A DNA stretch of 64,000 nt, taken from Alphaproteobacteria bacterium (lineage in GTDB: Bacteria > Pseudomonadota > Alphaproteobacteria > UBA828). Both the position numbers and the translations under genes were made by a program. Below, in pieces: positions 59,776 to 64,000 of the stretch. The stretch's first letter is position 1. The number at the start of each line of letters is the position of its first letter. The notes beneath the pieces are model-generated. The model made no database searches, was not told the origin of the DNA, and saw only the letters and a list, made by a program, of their open reading frames with translations. The DNA lies in contig CBDCCI010000002.1 of assembly GCA_965214705.1 (NCBI GenBank), positions 1,984,001 through 2,048,000 of the forward strand, read 5' to 3'.

Positions 59776-60915
59776 ATGATTGCGGCCGACGCCTTCCTCC
59801 AACCCGCGCAGGAACGCGGGTTTTCGTTCTATACCGGCGTCCCCTGCTCCTTCCTCACCCCGCTGATCAACCGGGTGATCTCCGATCCGGCACTCAACTA
59901 CGTGGGCGCGGCGAGCGAGGGCGAGGCGGTGGCGGTGGCGGCGGGCGCCTGGCTCGCGGGCCGGCACACGGTTGTGATGTGTCAGAACTCGGGCCTCGGC
60001 AACACCGTCAATCCGTTGACGTCCCTCAACCATCCCTTCCGCATTCCGACGCTCTTGATCGTCACCTGGCGGGGGCAACCGGGGCTGAGTGATGAACCGC
60101 AGCATGAGCTCATGGGCGAGGTGATGGGATCGCTCCTCGATACCATCGCCATAGGCCATGCCGGCTTCCCCAAAGATGAAGAAGCCGTGTCGGTGGCGCT
60201 CGACCGGGCCGAGCAGGCCATGGCAAGCGATGAGCTTCCCTTCGCGCTGATCATGGAGAAGGGCAGCGTGCGCGACGACGGCCTCGATCAGCCGGACCAG
60301 CCGATTCGCCCGCGCGGCACGATTGAGGACTTGCGCCAGGGCGAAAAGCGCCCGGCGCGGATCGACCTCTTGCGCTGCGTTCAGACACTCGTGCCGGCGG
60401 AAGCCGCGGTGGTCGCGACCACCGGCAAAACCGGACGCGAGTTGTTCACCCTCGAAGACCGCCCGCAGCAGCTCTACCAGGTGGGCTCGATGGGCTGCGC
60501 CTCGGCGATGGGCCTCGGCATCGCGCTCAACTCGACACGGCCGGTGCTGGTGCTGGATGGCGACGGTGCCGCGCTGATGAAGCTCGGCACCATGGCGACC
60601 ATCGGCGCCTACGCCCCCGCCAATCTGATCCACGTTCTGCTCGACAACGGGGTGCACGATTCGACCGGCGGGCAGGCGACCGTCTCGCCCAACGTCGATT
60701 TCGCTGCCGTCGCCCAGGCCTGCGGCTATCCCGTCGCTTACCGCTGCGACACGGAAGCAGGCTTCGCCTGCGCCGTGGAAGCGGCGCTCGCCGGCGGCCC
60801 GAGGCCGGTACTGATCCATGCGAAGATCGCGCCCGGCTCCCTCGCCGAACTGGGCCGGCCCACGATATCGCCCCGCGACGTGGCGCGGCGCTTCCGCGCC
60901 TTCATAGCAGGATGA
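59776..60915 (+). CDS. Phosphonopyruvate decarboxylase-like ThDP enzyme
   Basis: Motifs GVPCSFL, QNSGLGN, DEPQH, VGSMG and DGDGAALM...NGVHDSTGGQ. Confidence 0.85.
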   Translation: MIAADAFLQPAQERGFSFYTGVPCSFLTPLINRVISDPALNYVGAASEGEAVAVAAGAWLAGRHTVVMCQNSGLGNTVNPLTSLNHPFRIPTLLIVTWRGQPGLSDEPQHELMGEVMGSLLDTIAIGHAGFPKDEEAVSVALDRAEQAMASDELPFALIMEKGSVRDDGLDQPDQPIRPRGTIEDLRQGEKRPARIDLLRCVQTLVPAEAAVVATTGKTGRELFTLEDRPQQLYQVGSMGCASAMGLGIALNSTRPVLVLDGDGAALMKLGTMATIGAYAPANLIHVLLDNGVHDSTGGQATVSPNVDFAAVAQACGYPVAYRCDTEAGFACAVEAALAGGPRPVLIHAKIAPGSLAELGRPTISPRDVARRFRAFIAG

Positions 60916-61007
60916 GCCGAATCGGTTCGACCCGCGAACCACCATCATGTACCTGGTCAACTTTGACGTATAATGTAAGGACATCGAACTCACTGGGAGG
61001 ACAGATC

Positions 61008-62006
61008 ATGAAGATACTCAGACTCACCACATGCGCGCTGGCCGCCGTCGCCCTCATGGGCGCGACCTTCAGCGCTGCCGACGAGGCGAGCGCGCAGGAG
61101 AAGAAGTTCATTTCGATCGGTACAGGTGGACCCACCGGCGTTTATTTCGTGGTCGGCAACTCGGTCTGTCGCATGGTCCACAAGGAGGCCGCCGAGGGCC
61201 GCAAGTCGGGCCGTAAGCACGGCATCCGCTGCGCGGCACCGTCGACCGGCGGCTCCACCTACAACATCGGCCAGATCTGCCAGGGCGAACTCGACTTTGG
61301 CGTCGCCCAATCTGACTGGCAGTTCCATGCGGTCAACGGCAGTTCCGAAAAGGTCACGAACTGCCCCGGTCTGCGCGCGGTCTTCTCCGTGCACGGCGAG
61401 CCCTTCCACCTGATCGCCGCCGAAGGTTCAGGCATCGGCTCCTTCACCGATACCAAGGGCAAGAGGATGAACATCGGCAACCCCGGCTCGGGCCAGCGCG
61501 GCACGACCGAGGTGTTGATGGAAGGCTACGGCATGACCACCGACGACTTCGCGGCGGCGACCGAGCTAACCTCGACCGAGCAGTCGCAGGCACTCTGCGA
61601 CGGCAAGATCGACGCCTACGGCTACACGGTCGGCGTGCCCAATGCCGGCGTGTCCGTGGCGACTGACGGCTGCGGTGCCTACATCGCCAACCTCAACGGC
61701 GAGGTCGAGCAGAAGCTGGTGGCCGATAATCCCTACTACGCCTTCACGACCATCCCGGCCGGCACCTACAAGACCACGGCCGCCGATGTGACGACCTTTG
61801 GCGTGATGGCGACCTTCGTCAGCCACGAGAACGTGCCCGAAGATGTCGTCTACGAGGTCACCCGCGCGGTAATGGAGAACCTGGACGACTTCAGGTCGCT
61901 GCATCCCGCCTTCGCCAACCTCGATCCCGCGAACATGATCAAGAATGGTCTGTCCGCACCGCTTCATGCGGGTGCGGCCAAGTACTACGCGGAACAGGGC
62001 TGGTAG
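61008..62006 (+). CDS. TAXI-family TRAP solute-binding protein
   Basis: Motifs ISIGTGGPTGVY, GNPGSGQR and PLHAGAAKYY; signal peptide. Confidence 0.93.
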   Translation: MKILRLTTCALAAVALMGATFSAADEASAQEKKFISIGTGGPTGVYFVVGNSVCRMVHKEAAEGRKSGRKHGIRCAAPSTGGSTYNIGQICQGELDFGVAQSDWQFHAVNGSSEKVTNCPGLRAVFSVHGEPFHLIAAEGSGIGSFTDTKGKRMNIGNPGSGQRGTTEVLMEGYGMTTDDFAAATELTSTEQSQALCDGKIDAYGYTVGVPNAGVSVATDGCGAYIANLNGEVEQKLVADNPYYAFTTIPAGTYKTTAADVTTFGVMATFVSHENVPEDVVYEVTRAVMENLDDFRSLHPAFANLDPANMIKNGLSAPLHAGAAKYYAEQGW

Positions 62007-62023
62007 CAGCCCCCGCGATCATG

Positions 62024-62063
62024 ACGGCCGGCACCCCTGAACGGGTGCCGGCCGTTCGCTTTC
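62024..62063 (+). terminator. Stem-loop after the TAXI binding protein (terminator or mRNA stabiliser)
   Basis: Perfect 13-bp stem ACGGCCGGCACCC-N6-GGGTGCCGGCCGT, with a weak T tail. Confidence 0.6.
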
Positions 62064-62118
62064 GGATTGTCCCGAGGCGTATAACGCTAAGGGGCGCACG
62101 CGCCGGACAGGGGCGCCC

Positions 62119-64000
62119 GTGACAGATAGTGAGCCGAGCGCGGCGGCCACGCCCGCCGATGTTCAGAAAACCCTGGAGAAGGTCGAGTACCAGGGGCGCC
62201 GGCAGGGGCCGCGCCTGGCACTGCTCATAAGTTTGCTTTGCTTCCTGTGGTCGGTCTACCAGCTGTGGATTGCCTCGCCTCTGCCCTTCATGTTCAATTT
62301 CGCCATTATCGGTGACGTGCCGGCACGCGGCATTCACCTGTCGTTCGCGCTGCTGCTCTGCTTCCTGATGTACCCGCTGACGCGCCGCTGGAGCGAGCGC
62401 GGACTGCCGCCCTGGGATATCCTCTGCGCGCTGGCCGGCTGCGTTGTGGCCCTCTACCTGTTCTTCGGTTGGGACGGCCTCGTCTCCCGCCACGGTCTCC
62501 TCTACGTCTGGAACGGTATCCCGGTCGAAGCCATCCTCGGCGGCGTCGGCATCCTGCTGCTGCTCGACGCGACGCGGCGCGCCATTGGGATACCGCTCGT
62601 CATCGTCTGCGCCGTCTTCCTGGTCTATTCGATTTTCGGCCAGTCGATGCCGGACGTCATCTCGCATAAGGGGCTGAGCCTGAACCGGCTGATCGGCTAT
62701 CAGTGGCTCACGGGCGAGGCGATCTTCGGCATTCCGCTCAGCGTCTCGGTCGGCTTCGTCTTCCTGTTCGTGCTGTTCGGCGCGTTGCTCGACAAGGCCG
62801 GCGCCGGGCAGTACTTCCTCGCGCTTTCCTTCGCCATGGTGGGACGCTTTACCGGCGGGCCGGCCAAGGCAGCAATTCTCGCGTCGGGCATGACCGGCAT
62901 GGTCTCCGGCTCGTCGATCGCCAACGTCGTCACGACCGGGACCTTCACGATTCCCGTCATGCGGCGGATCGGCATGCCCGCGGTCAAGGCCGGCGCCATC
63001 GAGGTCGCAGCGTCGACCAACGGCCAGCTCATGCCGCCGATCATGGGGGCGGCCGCCTTCATCATCGCCGAGTTCATCGGTATCTCTTATTTCGACGTGG
63101 TAGCGGCGGCAGCGATTCCCGCCGTGCTCAGCTATCTCGCGCTGCTCTACATCTCCCACCTGGAGGCCAAGAAACTCGGGCTCAAGGGTCTACCGCGGGT
63201 CGAGATTCCGCCGTTTCGCAAGACCTTTCTCAGCGGCGCCCACCACCTGATACCAATCTTCATTCTGGTCTATCTGCTAATGGTCGAGCGCTGGAGCGCG
63301 CACAGCGCAGTCTTCTACTCGATCCTCTCGGTGATGGTGATTATCGTCGTCAGACGGATCATCGCGTCCGTCCGCGGCGGCGGCCAGCCGATGGGCGAGG
63401 CAGTACGCGACGGCTTCACCGAAATCTACATCGGCATGGTCGCGGGCGCGCGCAACATGGTGGGAATCGCGGTTGCCGTCGCCGCCGCCGGCATCATCGT
63501 CGGCGCGGTTTCCTCGACCGGTCTCAACAATGCCATGGTGGGCGTCGTCGAGGCGATCGCCGGCGGCAACGTCTACATCCTGCTCGGACTGACCGCGATC
63601 CTCTGCATCATTCTCGGCATGGGCCTGCCGACCACCGCCAACTACCTCGTGGTCGCCTCCCTGCTGGCCGGCGTGCTGGTGGAGCTGGGCAATGCAGCGG
63701 GTCTTGTTTTGCCGCTGATCGCCATCCACCTCTATGTCTTCTATTACGGCTTGCTGGCGGATTCGACACCACCCGTCTGCCTTGCCGCCTTCGCGGCCTC
63801 GGCCATATCCAGAGCGGATCCGCTCAGGACTGGCGTGCAGTCTTTCATGTACGACATCCGCACGGCCATCCTGCCGCTGGTCTTCCTGTTCAACACGGAG
63901 CTGCTGCTGATCGGTGTGGAGAGTATCTGGCACGGTGCCCTGGTCGCGGTCATGTCGCTGCTCGCAATCCTCGCCTTCAGCTCGCTCACACAGGGCTGGA
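62119..64000 (+). CDS. TRAP transporter fused 4TM/12TM permease (runs off the window)
   Basis: Manual translation from GTG 62119 gives GGPAKAA, SGSSIANVVTTG, MPPIMGAAAFI, ILGMGLPTTANY and TPPVCLAAFAA. Confidence 0.92.
   Translation, partial: MTDSEPSAAATPADVQKTLEKVEYQGRRQGPRLALLISLLCFLWSVYQLWIASPLPFMFNFAIIGDVPARGIHLSFALLLCFLMYPLTRRWSERGLPPWDILCALAGCVVALYLFFGWDGLVSRHGLLYVWNGIPVEAILGGVGILLLLDATRRAIGIPLVIVCAVFLVYSIFGQSMPDVISHKGLSLNRLIGYQWLTGEAIFGIPLSVSVGFVFLFVLFGALLDKAGAGQYFLALSFAMVGRFTGGPAKAAILASGMTGMVSGSSIANVVTTGTFTIPVMRRIGMPAVKAGAIEVAASTNGQLMPPIMGAAAFIIAEFIGISYFDVVAAAAIPAVLSYLALLYISHLEAKKLGLKGLPRVEIPPFRKTFLSGAHHLIPIFILVYLLMVERWSAHSAVFYSILSVMVIIVVRRIIASVRGGGQPMGEAVRDGFTEIYIGMVAGARNMVGIAVAVAAAGIIVGAVSSTGLNNAMVGVVEAIAGGNVYILLGLTAILCIILGMGLPTTANYLVVASLLAGVLVELGNAAGLVLPLIAIHLYVFYYGLLADSTPPVCLAAFAASAISRADPLRTGVQSFMYDIRTAILPLVFLFNTELLLIGVESIWHGALVAVMSLLAILAFSSLTQGW

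Noticed and set aside
60956-60973. TTGACG-TATAAT and the GTCAA-CT-TTGAC dyad upstream of the TAXI gene
   Set aside because: The hexamers are adjacent with no spacer, so they are not a -35/-10 pair, and the dyad does not match the Fnr/FixK box. It may be an operator but cannot be assigned.

Overview
This is a high-GC alphaproteobacterial chromosome segment (Rhodospirillales-like, inferred from gene order and protein types). The core blocks are dnaE-rpsB-tsf-pyrH-frr-uppS, rpmG, dksA and dgt-argS-SPOR-nagZ-S2P-scpA-scpB. The accessory genes include a vitamin B6-type ABC transporter with 4-pyridoxolactonase, SulP, an acyl-CoA ligase, hydantoinase/oxoprolinase A and B, SCO-fixL-fixJ-fixK, a two-subunit NAD-linked formate dehydrogenase, a MotA/ExbB-like three-gene module, higBA, a phosphonopyruvate decarboxylase-like gene and a TAXI-TRAP transporter. 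Mobile DNA comprises a complete group II intron inserted antisense into hydantoinase B, two near-identical IS5 copies flanking dksA-fdh, one IS66 and REP-like palindromes. The most unusual signal is a roughly 23-bp dyad motif (CCCCGSACCATSGTGCGGTGCAC) found at three unlinked intergenic sites. At two of them the dyad is centred about 44 bp before an apparently leaderless ATG, and the ORF ends in or is followed by a 10-bp-periodic repeat array. One of these ORFs is an orphan Mu gp27 (small terminase, DUF3486)-like gene. This may be a dispersed, phage-derived cassette family; that interpretation is a hypothesis. All protein assignments come from motif recognition only, with no database search.
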